Below are positions 38,822 to 49,010 of a DNA stretch of 64,000 nt, one piece after another; within the stretch, counting starts at the first letter, position 1; each line of letters starts with the position of its first letter. The stretch lies in the NCBI GenBank assembly GCA_003402315.1, contig QFXI01000003.1, positions 702 to 64,701 of the forward strand. Direction: 5' to 3'. The translations under genes were made by a program, and so were the position numbers. This stretch comes from Candidatus Nitrotoga sp. LAW (lineage in GTDB: Bacteria; Pseudomonadota; Gammaproteobacteria; Burkholderiales; Gallionellaceae). A model generated the notes under the pieces. It was not told the origin of the DNA. It saw only the letters and a list, made by a program, of their open reading frames with translations, and ran no database searches.

Positions 38822-40813
38822 TCAATTGGACTTGTGATCCCTATTCTCAGGATCATTGCGGCGGTCGATGAACAGGCTGTTGCCGTTGATTTTTTTTGCC
38901 TGCTTGTGCGCATCGGCTGCTGCTGTGGCAATCTGGTGGTGTGAATAGTACTGTCCCGGACAGACCTTGACCACGCCGAGCGACAGGCTGATCAACGAAA
39001 AGAATACTTTTCTCCCCTGCCGGTCTTCACTGACATAACCGCCACGATCCTGGTCCTCGATACTGTAATAGTGCTGGATCGCTGACTCAAAGTCGGCCAG
39101 TATCGCGCGGCAGCGCTCTTCCCAGTTCTCGCTCTGGAACAGCACCATGAAGTCATCCCCTCCAATATGGCCGATAAAATCACGGTCGGGATCACAGTGA
39201 TCGCTGAGAATCTTGCCCGTCACCTGAATGATGCCATCACCCTTGCGATAGCCATGTACATCATTGTATGGCTTGAAATAGTCCAGATCGCAGAAGCACG
39301 CGCAAAACCGTGTGTCATTTTGCAGCAAGCGGTCTATATGCTCATTGATTGGCACATTGCCGGGAAGTTGCGTAAGCGGATTGGCATAGCGCGCAGCATT
39401 GATCTGTATTTGTGTGATCTCACGCATCAGGTCGTGTCCAGTACCCATGCCAAGATATTTCCCCTGATCCATGATGATGTAGCCATTGGTCAAGTGGCGG
39501 GGATCCCCTTCCGTAATGAGGCGGCTCAAATCCTGCAAGCATGTATCTTTTTCCGTCAATAGCGGATTGGCATTCATGAAAAAGGTGCAGGATTTTTTGC
39601 CATATAGCTCGCGTTCATAGGGGCGGGCGAAATGTTCAATCATATTAATCCGATTAATCAGGCCAAGCGGCTTGCCGTTGTCAACCACTGGGATGATCTG
39701 TAGGCTCGGTTCATTCAAAAAGAGTTCATAGACCTCGTTGTTGAGGATGTCGGATGAGATGGAGGGCACTTTACGCAGCAGTTTCTGAGCAGTCGCAATG
39801 TTTTGCTGGAGTCCGTTTTTTTGTGGATAAACCGCAATACCGTTACGGATCAGTGCCTTCGCCACTTCTGCAGAAAGCGTGGTGGCAGGGGTGCTGTGGG
39901 GACGGGCAATGTGATAGCCTTGCCCGCAAGCAACGTCCAGGTCGCGGATCAGGAGCAATTCTGCCTGTGTTTCTATCCCTTCGGCGATCACCATTGTGCC
40001 GGATTGTTCTGCGATTTCCTGGATAGAGCGCACGAATTGGAGCTTGATGGGATCGCGGTTGATCCTCTGGATAAAGTGCATGTCAATCTTGACATATTCC
40101 GGTCGCAGTTCGGACCACAGCCGCAGACTGGAAAATCCTTCGCCCAGATCGTCAATAGCAATCTGGAAGCCCATGCTCCGGTAATGCATCACCGCTTCGA
40201 GTAGCAAATTATAATCGTAGGTTGGCTGGCTCTCGGTCAGTTCAATAATCACGTTTTCCGGATTGATGCCAATTTCGTGAATGTAATCGAGCGTTTCACC
40301 ATATTTCGCATCTCTTTGAAGCAGGCTTTCTGGACTGACATTGAGGAATAATTTTCCCGGCAGACCTAATTTCGCAAACCGCTCCAGTACCACGCGACGG
40401 CACAAATGTTCAACTATTACGGTCAGATTGTTCGCCCATGCCACCTTGAACAGACTTAGGGGCGAATGCATTGGACTGTCAGAGGGACCACGGATGAGGC
40501 CTTCATAGCCAATAATTTCACCGCTTTGAAGATATATGATCGGCTGGAAGATCGCATTCAACAGACGCTTGTCGATGATCTCGTTCAGTTGTGCCAGCAT
40601 CATCTCGTTGCCGTCATTTTTCAAAGCGGATATCAGCCCTTCGTTTGCAGAAGATTGTTCAAGCGCATATCCAATGTTTGTCGTACGTTGTTTGGCGTAC
40701 AACATGGTTGTCTTTTTCTGAAAAGTTCGTAAGGTTGCCAAAGGTATTTCCAGCAAGGGTATTTCCGGCGCGTCACTGGCGGGCGATGGGCACGATATAT
40801 CTTGTGGAATCAT
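38822..40813 (-). CDS. EAL - CBS pair - GGDEF-like (GGDDF) signalling protein
   Basis: EAL domain (QPIIYLQSGEIIGYEGLIRG, ELTE, DDLGEG). A central CBS-like region, then a C-terminal cyclase-like domain with the GGDDF motif. Confidence 0.85.
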   Translation of the reverse strand: MIPQDISCPSPASDAPEIPLLEIPLATLRTFQKKTTMLYAKQRTTNIGYALEQSSANEGLISALKNDGNEMMLAQLNEIIDKRLLNAIFQPIIYLQSGEIIGYEGLIRGPSDSPMHSPLSLFKVAWANNLTVIVEHLCRRVVLERFAKLGLPGKLFLNVSPESLLQRDAKYGETLDYIHEIGINPENVIIELTESQPTYDYNLLLEAVMHYRSMGFQIAIDDLGEGFSSLRLWSELRPEYVKIDMHFIQRINRDPIKLQFVRSIQEIAEQSGTMVIAEGIETQAELLLIRDLDVACGQGYHIARPHSTPATTLSAEVAKALIRNGIAVYPQKNGLQQNIATAQKLLRKVPSISSDILNNEVYELFLNEPSLQIIPVVDNGKPLGLINRINMIEHFARPYERELYGKKSCTFFMNANPLLTEKDTCLQDLSRLITEGDPRHLTNGYIIMDQGKYLGMGTGHDLMREITQIQINAARYANPLTQLPGNVPINEHIDRLLQNDTRFCACFCDLDYFKPYNDVHGYRKGDGIIQVTGKILSDHCDPDRDFIGHIGGDDFMVLFQSENWEERCRAILADFESAIQHYYSIEDQDRGGYVSEDRQGRKVFFSLISLSLGVVKVCPGQYYSHHQIATAAADAHKQAKKINGNSLFIDRRNDPENRDHKSN

Positions 40814-41127
40814 CTTTCCCTTTTATACCTTTGAACTACAGTTGTTAAAAATCTTTGCTTTATTAGCTATAAAAAATGTATAACTTTTGTGAATGGTAGT
40901 CGACATTTATTACAATATTATGACGTTTTGTAATTCCCTCCTTTTATTGATGAAAATAGGCGGTATCGTTATAAAGTCGGTCATTACCTACTGATTCGGC
41001 CAAACTATGTTTGAGGTCCGTTCGCCTTAAGCCTGTCGAAAGATGAATGGATTTCGACAAGCACGAACAGGTTACTGCTTCGATCTCGGAGTAGTTTAAT
41101 GTGTAATGGTTTTACTGGAATTAACTG

Positions 41128-41694
41128 CTAATCATCACGCTCAGGAACCGGATGCTTCTGCAATTTACGTTGTAACGTACGCCGATGCATATTGAGTGTG
41201 CGTGCGGCGGCAGAAACGTTACCGCCACAGTCAGCAAGTACCTTTTGCAAATGCTCCCACTCCAGGCGATCCACTGACATTGGTTTGGTTGTAATCGCGG
41301 CTTCAACAATACCTGGCTGATGATCGAAAGCCGCGACAATTTCATCCGCATCCGAGGGCTTGGCCAAGTAGTATGTCGCACCCAGCTTCACTGCCTCCAC
41401 GGCAGTTGCAATACTCGAATAGCCGGTGAGCACTACGATGCGTGCATCAGGCTTTCGCTCCTTAAGATGCGCTACCAATGTCAATCCTGACGGCCCCGGC
41501 ATCTTTAGATCAATTACCGCGTGAGTAGGAAGATTTTGTGCAATCACTTGAATAGCTTCGTTCACATCGTTTGCCACACTTACCGCAAAACCACGCCGGG
41601 TAAGGGCCTGCGCCAACACCGTGCAATAAGTAACGTCATCGTCTACCAACAACAATTTGCGCGGCAACGGGTTTTCCATAATTGGTAAGGTCAT
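41128..41694 (-). CDS. Response regulator, RegA/PrrA/ActR-like (receiver + Fis-type HTH)
   Basis: Receiver domain (LLLVDDD...DLKMPG). The C-terminal segment reads GGNVSAAARTLNMHRRTLQRKL. The ATG at 41694 forms an ATGA overlap with the kinase stop; the track ORF extends to 41745. Confidence 0.8.
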   Translation of the reverse strand: MTLPIMENPLPRKLLLVDDDVTYCTVLAQALTRRGFAVSVANDVNEAIQVIAQNLPTHAVIDLKMPGPSGLTLVAHLKERKPDARIVVLTGYSSIATAVEAVKLGATYYLAKPSDADEIVAAFDHQPGIVEAAITTKPMSVDRLEWEHLQKVLADCGGNVSAAARTLNMHRRTLQRKLQKHPVPERDD

Positions 41695-42959
41695 ATTGAA
41701 TTCATCACACGTAAACGGGCTAGGGGCAATACCACACAGGTACATACCCCCCCGCCATCCCGATTCGATAGTGAAAGTGTACCGCCAAACCGGCGCAGTG
41801 CGGCATTAACCAGAAATAATCCAAGCCCTTGCCCACTTTCTTTGGTGGTAAAAAATAACTCTCCGGCATGAGTTTCCGCAGTTGGGGTCAAACCTGCGCC
41901 ACGGTCAGAGACTTCGATTTTTAATTGCTCTGTAGTGCAGCTAACCTCCACCTCAACACTGTGTTCCGAAGCATCGGCAGCGTTATTTAAAATATTGGTG
42001 ATCACTTGCCCCAATACTTGTTCAGCTACGATCTGCGGCGCGGGAGATGGGCCATTCCAGTGATAACTTACCTGCACCGAGGGACGCATACTGCGCCATT
42101 GCGCCAACAAATCTTCAAAATAACTATCAAGCGCAACACTGTAACCACTTTCCGCACGCGCTTGTTCTGTAGATGACAGCATCTGGGAAAGCGTATTTTT
42201 ACAACGCGTAACTTGGTCGCGCAACAAGTGCAGCTCTTTAACCAATTCTGGCTGCATCGCATATTGATGTTCGAGCTCTTTAAGCACGACCGCCATCGTC
42301 CCCAGAGGCGTGCCTAATTCATGCGCTGCACCCACTGCCAGTGCGCCAAGCGCCACCAGATGTTCGTCACGCAGCGCGTTTTCACGCACATCCGCCAGCA
42401 TGCGTTCGCGTTCACGCAAAGTGTTACCCATCTTCACCACATAATAACCAACCAACCCTACTCCCAGAACAAAACCAAACCACATGAGCCAAGCACTTGA
42501 GTCAAGACGGGCAACGTGGTCAATATGGAAATGCGGCAGCGGAATATAAACAAACATCAAGAACGTATAACAGGCCACAATTACCGCAGCCAACAGCCAA
42601 GCATAGATAGCCAACAACGTAGCAGCGGCTATCGTGAGCGGCAACAATAGCAACAGCACAAACGGATTGGTGGTACCCCCAGCCAAATAGAGCAAGGCAC
42701 TTAACAACAGGACATCCAGCACTAACTGTCCAAACACCTCAATTTCCTGCACTGGCCATGGCAGCTTGAACCGGACCCAAGTAAGTATGTTGAGAACCAG
42801 CAACACGGTGCCAATCACTGCGAATGGCAACGGCATCCCCATACCTTTGGCAACCACCAGTACCGCCAGCGTCAGGCCGACCACAGCAATATTTTTGAGC
42901 ACCAGCACGCGTCGCAGATTTACTGGTGACAGCGTTGAAAGAGAAACAAATGGTTTCAT
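41691..42959 (-). CDS. Sensor histidine kinase, RegB/PrrB/ActS-like
   Basis: Polytopic N-terminal half, an H-box (AAHELGTPL) and a HATPase_c region (NAADAS...DRGAGL...GQGLGL). Confidence 0.75.
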   Translation of the reverse strand: MKPFVSLSTLSPVNLRRVLVLKNIAVVGLTLAVLVVAKGMGMPLPFAVIGTVLLVLNILTWVRFKLPWPVQEIEVFGQLVLDVLLLSALLYLAGGTTNPFVLLLLLPLTIAAATLLAIYAWLLAAVIVACYTFLMFVYIPLPHFHIDHVARLDSSAWLMWFGFVLGVGLVGYYVVKMGNTLRERERMLADVRENALRDEHLVALGALAVGAAHELGTPLGTMAVVLKELEHQYAMQPELVKELHLLRDQVTRCKNTLSQMLSSTEQARAESGYSVALDSYFEDLLAQWRSMRPSVQVSYHWNGPSPAPQIVAEQVLGQVITNILNNAADASEHSVEVEVSCTTEQLKIEVSDRGAGLTPTAETHAGELFFTTKESGQGLGLFLVNAALRRFGGTLSLSNRDGGGVCTCVVLPLARLRVMNSI

Positions 42960-43219
42960 TAATTAATCCGGTAATTCAATTTCTTAAGGAAAAACATAAG
43001 AATAATAGCATCTCGTACCTTGTCGCCTGTGCACCTACTCACTAACCAATCATAATTGACGCACTCCGATCATAAAAGCTGAGCAGGACGAATGTTGTAA
43101 AAATAGAAGCAGAAAAAACCTAGATAGAGGTCGTAGTGAAAATGGTGACTGGGCCTCGATGTCTACTAACCAAGGCACATCTGGGTTGGCTAACACTCTA
43201 AATTGTACCTGCTTGTCCG

Positions 43220-44780
43220 TCACAATCGTGCGAATCGACGCACGCGCACGGACCGAAGTTTGCGGCCCAGCCGCCGCCATCCAATGACGACCCCTGATAG
43301 GCTAAGCGCGGTACCGCATAGGCTGAGTGAAATAAGTACGATGTCCCACAAGGGGCGTCTTTCCAGCAGTGGCAGCCAATCCCAGTTGTGCAACATCGCA
43401 AATAGCCAGCGGCTCAGGCGTTTCGTACTGTCTGTATGTCCGAGCACTGTGCCGGTCGCCGGATCAATGTGTACCCAAGTGGCGTGGGTATTGTCGAATA
43501 CGACGCGCCACACTGGCAGAAATTTTTCCGAGCCACCCGTCATCGTGTGCGGCTCCCGTGAGTAATAATACAAATCGTAGTTGGTCAATACCTCAATGCG
43601 TGCAATGGGATCGGGAAGCAAGCGCGCAACATTAGTTTTCAATGCCTCGAAATCAGGTACATAAACATTTGCTGATTCTGCATTGAATACGGTTGGCCGA
43701 GCACTGCCACTAATATTCGCAAGCACTAAAGTCTGACCCGAAGCGCGTATCCAGTGTAATTCACGCACGCCGTTCGGCGCAGCCGCAAGCAACTGTTGCG
43801 GTGAAGCTTGCTTGCTGGAAATATTCAACGGCCCTCCGTTCATCGCTACGGTATTTAAGGCTTTGGCTCCACTGTCAAAAATTTTCCAGGGGTTCATTGA
43901 CATCAGTTCACTGAATATCCACGTCAACGTGACCAGTGCAAACAACAGCCCTAGAATATGATGCCAGCGCATCACAAAACCATAGTAGGGAGAATGTGAG
44001 CCACGCTTATAAACACGAGTAAATCGCCAACGCATGATTCCGACTGTTGCGCCGGTGAGGGCTAAACCAATACCAAGAATCGAGAGCCAGATGACGATGT
44101 CGGTCCAATATGCGTAACATATTGCCACGAAAGGGGTAGAGCCATTGGATCCACGCGCCAACGTAGTTCCATAAACGCTCGATACGCGGGACATCCCGCA
44201 CCACTTCGCCAGTGGTACTTGATACATACAGCAGCGTGGCATCAGCGTCGGCCAGTCGCACCCTATGTAGCGGGCGATGTGCGTCCAATGCGCGCGAATG
44301 GGTGAAAGCGTCTTCGTCGATGATCCCCCCATAATCGGCGGCAACCGCCAAACCGCCAAACACAGCGGCACTCGCCAACACATGCGCGCGATCAACCTGC
44401 CGCAACACAATACCTGTGCTGGCGTCTATCACCACCGTGCCGCTACCTGGTGCCACCCGGCGCCGACCACTCGCCAACCCAACATTCAGGTCACGGGCCG
44501 GTACGGCCAAATAGACCGCACGGCCACCACTCGCCACCGCCAACCGAAGATCCTGCAACGGTCCCTTGATACTGGCTGCATCGAGCGCCTGCCTAGGCGT
44601 CAATGTTATAGCCGCAGCATTTAACGGCGGCAGGTGTTGTATTCTTTCTGCGGCAGTTAGCTTCGGATAGCCCACGTACATCATGACTATTCCCGAGATG
44701 AACCACATCACAAAGAAAATGCAGGCGAAAATTCCAAGCCAGCGATGGATCAGGAATAGCCAACGTTTGGCATATGCCAT
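43220..44780 (-). pseudogene. PepSY-associated TM-helix protein, frameshifted
   Basis: Two overlapping ORFs (44007-44807 and 43220-44410) carry consecutive parts of one PepSY_TM-type protein. The frame switches between ...WLYPFRG and YWTDIVIWLS, around 44108-44130. Confidence 0.75.
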
Positions 44781-44793
44781 AAATAACGCGTCC

Positions 44794-47070
44794 TTAAAAC
44801 GCCGCATTCAAAGTAATATCGGCGGTGCGCGGCGGCCCCAGGTAATCCATCGTACTACCGACGTTCGCGGCGTAAATACGGTCCGTTACATTACGGACGC
44901 GGCCTATCATCGACATCGTCTTATTCATTTTCCAGCGCAAACCAAGATCAAGCAGTGTGTAGGCAGGCCAATTCATTGTGTTGTCAGCGTCCGCATAAAC
45001 TTTGCCGACGTGACGCACGCCTGCACTTGCTTGCCAAGCTGGTGTGATGTCATACGAAGACCACAGGTTAGCAACCGTCGATGGCGTATTGATTGGCGTT
45101 TTACCGGCCAGTGAAACGCCGTTCTGAACAAAGTTCTCAAATTGCGCATCGACATAGGTGATATTGCCCTGCAACGATAATCTGGAGGTAGGCTGCAGCC
45201 CAACAGCCAATTCCACACCTTTGGCTGATTGCTCTCCAACCAAAACGGTGAGTGCGCTATTGCCCAACACCGGAGTAGCAATATTTTTGCGGGTAATACT
45301 GTAGGCCGCGACCGTAGCCGTGCCTTTACCTTGCCAGAAATCAATTGCTACCAATTTCTGCCTGCTTGCCTGTCGTAAGGGCAGTGTTATCGCGCACAGC
45401 CGTAAAAATAGCCGTAGTAAGAATGCCAGACGGAGGGTCGGCCGCCGTTGAATATTGCGCATACAAGTTAGCGCCTGGCGCAAAGTCCCATACCAGGCCA
45501 AGGCGACCGGTCGTTGGATTGTATGTGCGCGCGAAGGTGGCGGGATTAGCTGCTGTCACCGCACGGTGATTGGTCAGATCAAATTCAATGCGGTTATGGC
45601 GCAGCGCGGTGATCAGGTTTAAAGTCGGCATGAGCGTCGTGCGGTTTTCAAGGTACAGTGCGGTTGACGTGACCTTGACTTCCCGGTCAGGATTGAAGCC
45701 TGGCGACATGCCGGGCATTTGAAAAAAACTTTCGGTAACAAAATTGTAAGGATCGGCTGTACTCACGACAGCAGGCAGGCTATTGGGGAATCGCGTCTGC
45801 TTGTTTACGCTCACGTCCAGCCCGAAAGACCAATCACTCCTAAAGCCAGCGAGTTGCCCCTTGTATAGTCCATTAACGCGATCACCAAAAACTTGATGGT
45901 CATGCCGCTGCAAAAGAGTATTCGAACGGATCACGGCTGTATTGGTTGGATTGAAAAAATAAGTTTCAACATTGCGGTAATCGCGCAGCGCATCATAAGC
46001 ATACGCAGCATTCTGGAATTGCAGCGCATCGGTCACACGCCAGTCGGTCACCGAGCGCAACCACTGTACACGCTGGGCATAAATACTGTCAGTACTGTTG
46101 TAGTTTTTGAAGCGGGTGCCGGGATCAACGCGTAACGTACCCGTAGCCGGATTGGTTACTGGCGTTCCCCAATATGGCCGGTCGACATCCTCATCCTGGT
46201 ATTCATAAGCCAATTTATGGGTCATTCCACCGCCAAAGTCTGACAGCATTGAGGCGGCAACTTGTGTGGCCTTGCTTTCAGTGCCATTTATCCAGCTACC
46301 CGCGTTACGGCGGTTCACGTCAATTCGCGCATAGTGGCTGCCCGCTCCGCCATCGCCAATGATGCGGCGATTTAATCCCAGAGACACTTCCTTGAGGTTA
46401 TAAGCGCCCAGCCGTACTCTCGCTTCTGAAAAATCGTCTCTTTCCGCGATTTTGGTGATGTAATTAATAGAGCCGCCGACCGCACCTGAGCCAAAAAGAA
46501 AACTGGATGGGCCACCCGATAACCTCAACGCGGTCGTAAATCCAGCTATCCACCGGGCGGGCTGCAATCGAATATTGCACATTAATACCGTTGAATAATT
46601 GACTAAATGACCCACTGCCAAAGTCCCGATAAAAAACACCGATATTGCCTGGCGCATCGTGTGCAGTGACGCCAGGAATTGCCCGAAGTATCTCCTGGGT
46701 GTTTTGCGCACCACGTGCATCAATGGTGGTGCGGTTAACAACCGTAACCGAGGCCGGCGTCTCGCGCGGCGTCAGCCCGAGGCGGCTGCCGGTTTCAGAA
46801 GGTTCGTCAAGGTTGAGGCGGCCATTGGCGGCTGGTACTGTGCCGACGACCTCAATTTACGGCAATGTTGCTAATTCAGGTTGGACACGGCTGGGAGCGG
46901 ACGTTATCACAAAAGCGGAGAAAATACTGATTGACAAAACCGTAGGAACGACCGTTGCTGAACGGGCGCGCGGCAACTGAGTTGCTTTAGATTCTTGAGA
47001 ACGCTGCTTACGCACTTTAAAATGCGAGCATGTATGTACGCTGGGTGCGGCGTGCTAATTTCTTGGCCAT
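44794..47070 (-). pseudogene. TonB-dependent (siderophore-type) outer-membrane receptor, multiply disrupted
   Basis: The ATG at 47070 has AAGGAG, but the frame is lost within about 20 codons. There is an in-frame TAA at 46857-46859, just before the IEVVGT TonB-box region. Further frameshifts lie at about 46515 (extra G in the ...VIG|GPSSFLFGSG plug motif) and about 45345-45365. The C-terminal barrel ends in the typical ...ITLNAAF. Confidence 0.8.
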
Positions 47071-47482
47071 AAGAAACTCCTTTTTGTTTTCCAGACCGAT
47101 CCCGGTCAAGCTAAATGCCAAGAGTTTTCACTTATAGCGCTGCTTAGACAAACATGTTTACTTTCAATAAAATAGTCACGTTTATTTGCGCAACTTTCCC
47201 CGATTTATAAGTGAACTCTGGATGATTTGCCAAATGTAGAGAATTTTGTCCACGGTAGAAAACATCGTTTGCGATAAACGCAGAACCACGGTGGTTAACT
47301 CGGAGCGCACCAAAAATTTCACTTAATATGAAGCGCACGGATCATAAGGAAGAAAAATCATCTTGAGAATGTGGCAAATTGTCGCGCGGCAATTTGCCGC
47401 ACTACGGCCAATCAGCCTATGAGGTCAACTTGAAAAATATAACCTAATGTTTTTAAATATTAAAATGTAGGTGTCAAAATAA

Positions 47483-47516
47483 AGCACCCCGCAGCTTGCT
47501 GCGGGGTGCTTTATTT
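47483..47516 (-). terminator. Rho-independent (bidirectional-looking) terminator downstream of the NYN gene
   Basis: AGCACCCCGCAG-cttg-CTGCGGGGTGCT, a 12-bp GC-rich stem, flanked by AAAATAA on one side and TTATTT on the other. Confidence 0.8.
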
Positions 47517-47604
47517 ACAATGACAAGATAGCTTGGGATGGCATATCCGTAATTGATATACCCCTCCGTTTAGCCACGCTATTTACGCATGATTTGTAGT
47601 TGTG

Positions 47605-48432
47605 TTATTCCTCCGCCGCTGGTAAACGTATGGTGTACTGACCTGCTTTTTCATCACGTACCATCATGAGCAGATTATTTTTCTGCGCGTCTTCCACCAA
47701 TTCTTTGAACGAACGGTAGCCGTAAGCCGATTCAGCAAAACCTGGTTTCCGCCGCTGCATGGTAGGCTTGACCATGGAATACCAGACTTTCTCCTCTCCC
47801 CGTTCAGCAATCAATGCTTCGATGGTTTCGACAATAAAATCGAGCGCTTCCTGCCGCTTATCATCTTCAGGTTTCAATATTGATTTTTTCGCCGTACCGC
47901 CGGCAGGTGTTTTTGCCGGAGATTTTTTTTCAGCGCGTTTTTTCTGTGCTTCTTGCTCACGTACCAGATCATCATAAAAAATGAATTCATCACAATTGGC
48001 GCTGAGCAAATCAGAAGTCGAGTCCTTAACTCCAATCCCGATCACATATTTGTTGTTCTCCCGCAGCTTTGAAACCAACGGAGAAAAGTCTGAATCACCG
48101 CTGATAATGACAAAGGTATCAACATGGGATTTGGTATAGCAAAGATCCAGCGCATCAACGACCATGCGGATATCAGCAGAATTTTTACCTGATTGGCGCA
48201 CATGCGGAATCTCAATCAATTCAAAAGCCGCTTCATGCATCGTCGCCTTAAACTCTTTATAACGATCCCAGTCACAATAAGCTTTTTTGACAACAATACT
48301 GCCCTTGAGCAATAAGCGTTCGAGTACCTTCTTGATGTCGAACTGCGCATACTTGGCGTCACGTACTCCCAACGCGATGTTCTCGAAATCGCAAAACAAA
48401 GCCATGTTGGTAATTTCTGGTTGACCAGCCAT
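47605..48432 (-). CDS. NYN (LabA-like) domain protein with C-terminal OST-HTH/LOTUS-like domain
   Basis: LFCDFENI...KAYCDW...IISGDSDFSPLVSKLRE is the NYN nuclease-fold pattern. A Lys-rich linker follows, then a C-terminal ~70-aa helical domain. Confidence 0.8.
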   Translation of the reverse strand: MAGQPEITNMALFCDFENIALGVRDAKYAQFDIKKVLERLLLKGSIVVKKAYCDWDRYKEFKATMHEAAFELIEIPHVRQSGKNSADIRMVVDALDLCYTKSHVDTFVIISGDSDFSPLVSKLRENNKYVIGIGVKDSTSDLLSANCDEFIFYDDLVREQEAQKKRAEKKSPAKTPAGGTAKKSILKPEDDKRQEALDFIVETIEALIAERGEEKVWYSMVKPTMQRRKPGFAESAYGYRSFKELVEDAQKNNLLMMVRDEKAGQYTIRLPAAEE

Positions 48433-48536
48433 CGGTTACTCCTAAGTTAAATTGATCAATGCTGCGGCGCCCATTCCCCAAACTGATAGAAAACGATCAA
48501 TTTGTTGCCCGATCCGGCGAACCCAACTATTGCCAA

Positions 48537-48956
48537 CTAGCCTCGCGTATTCGACTGCATCCCAAACTGCATCAGATCGACTAACGGCTGCGCTTGCCAG
48601 CCTGGCTTCCTGTGTTCCGCCACAATATTAGTGAAAATTCCGCCACGAACGTAAAATTTGGCGGTCAGGCGCATGAAACGCGGCTGGATGGCGGCAACCA
48701 AATCATCCAGAATTCGATTGGTTACATCTTCATGGAAATGTCCTTCATTGCGGAATGACCAGATATAGAGCTTGAGACTTTTCAGTTCAACGCAGGTCGT
48801 ATCCGCGATGTAATCGAGGATTAACGTAGCAAAATCGGGCTGGCCGGTCTTGGGACACAGACAGGTAAACTCGGGGATTTCCATGTGGATGTGGTAATCG
48901 CGCTCGAGACTGGGATTGGCGAAGGTTTCCAGAAATTTGCTGGGCAAAGCGCTCAT
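48537..48956 (-). CDS. queF: NADPH-dependent 7-cyano-7-deazaguanine reductase QueF (type I)
   Basis: Catalytic CPKTGQPD and the QueF motif [10 protein letters not shown]. The ATG at 48956 gives about 139 aa; the track ORF extends to 49073. Confidence 0.9.
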   Translation of the reverse strand: MSALPSKFLETFANPSLERDYHIHMEIPEFTCLCPKTGQPDFATLILDYIADTTCVELKSLKLYIWSFRNEGHFHEDVTNRILDDLVAAIQPRFMRLTAKFYVRGGIFTNIVAEHRKPGWQAQPLVDLMQFGMQSNTRG

Positions 48957-49010
48957 TTTGATATGCCTTGTGGGTCGGTTAGAATACAATGCATTATAAT
49001 GTCCAACTGA

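Noticed and set aside
43050-43565. Several small ORFs (67-120 aa) around the 3' end of the PepSY gene and the regB upstream region.
   Set aside because: They overlap the PepSY reading frames or lie in the short intergenic region. None has an SD or recognisable similarity.
47373-47398. A 9-bp hairpin (GGCAAATTG-tcgcgcgg-CAATTTGCC) and a 64-aa GTG-initiated ORF (47144-47338) in the 530-bp gap upstream of the decayed receptor.
   Set aside because: The hairpin has no T-tract or other context. The ORF lacks an SD and any similarity. Most likely this is a leftover regulatory region of the pseudogene.
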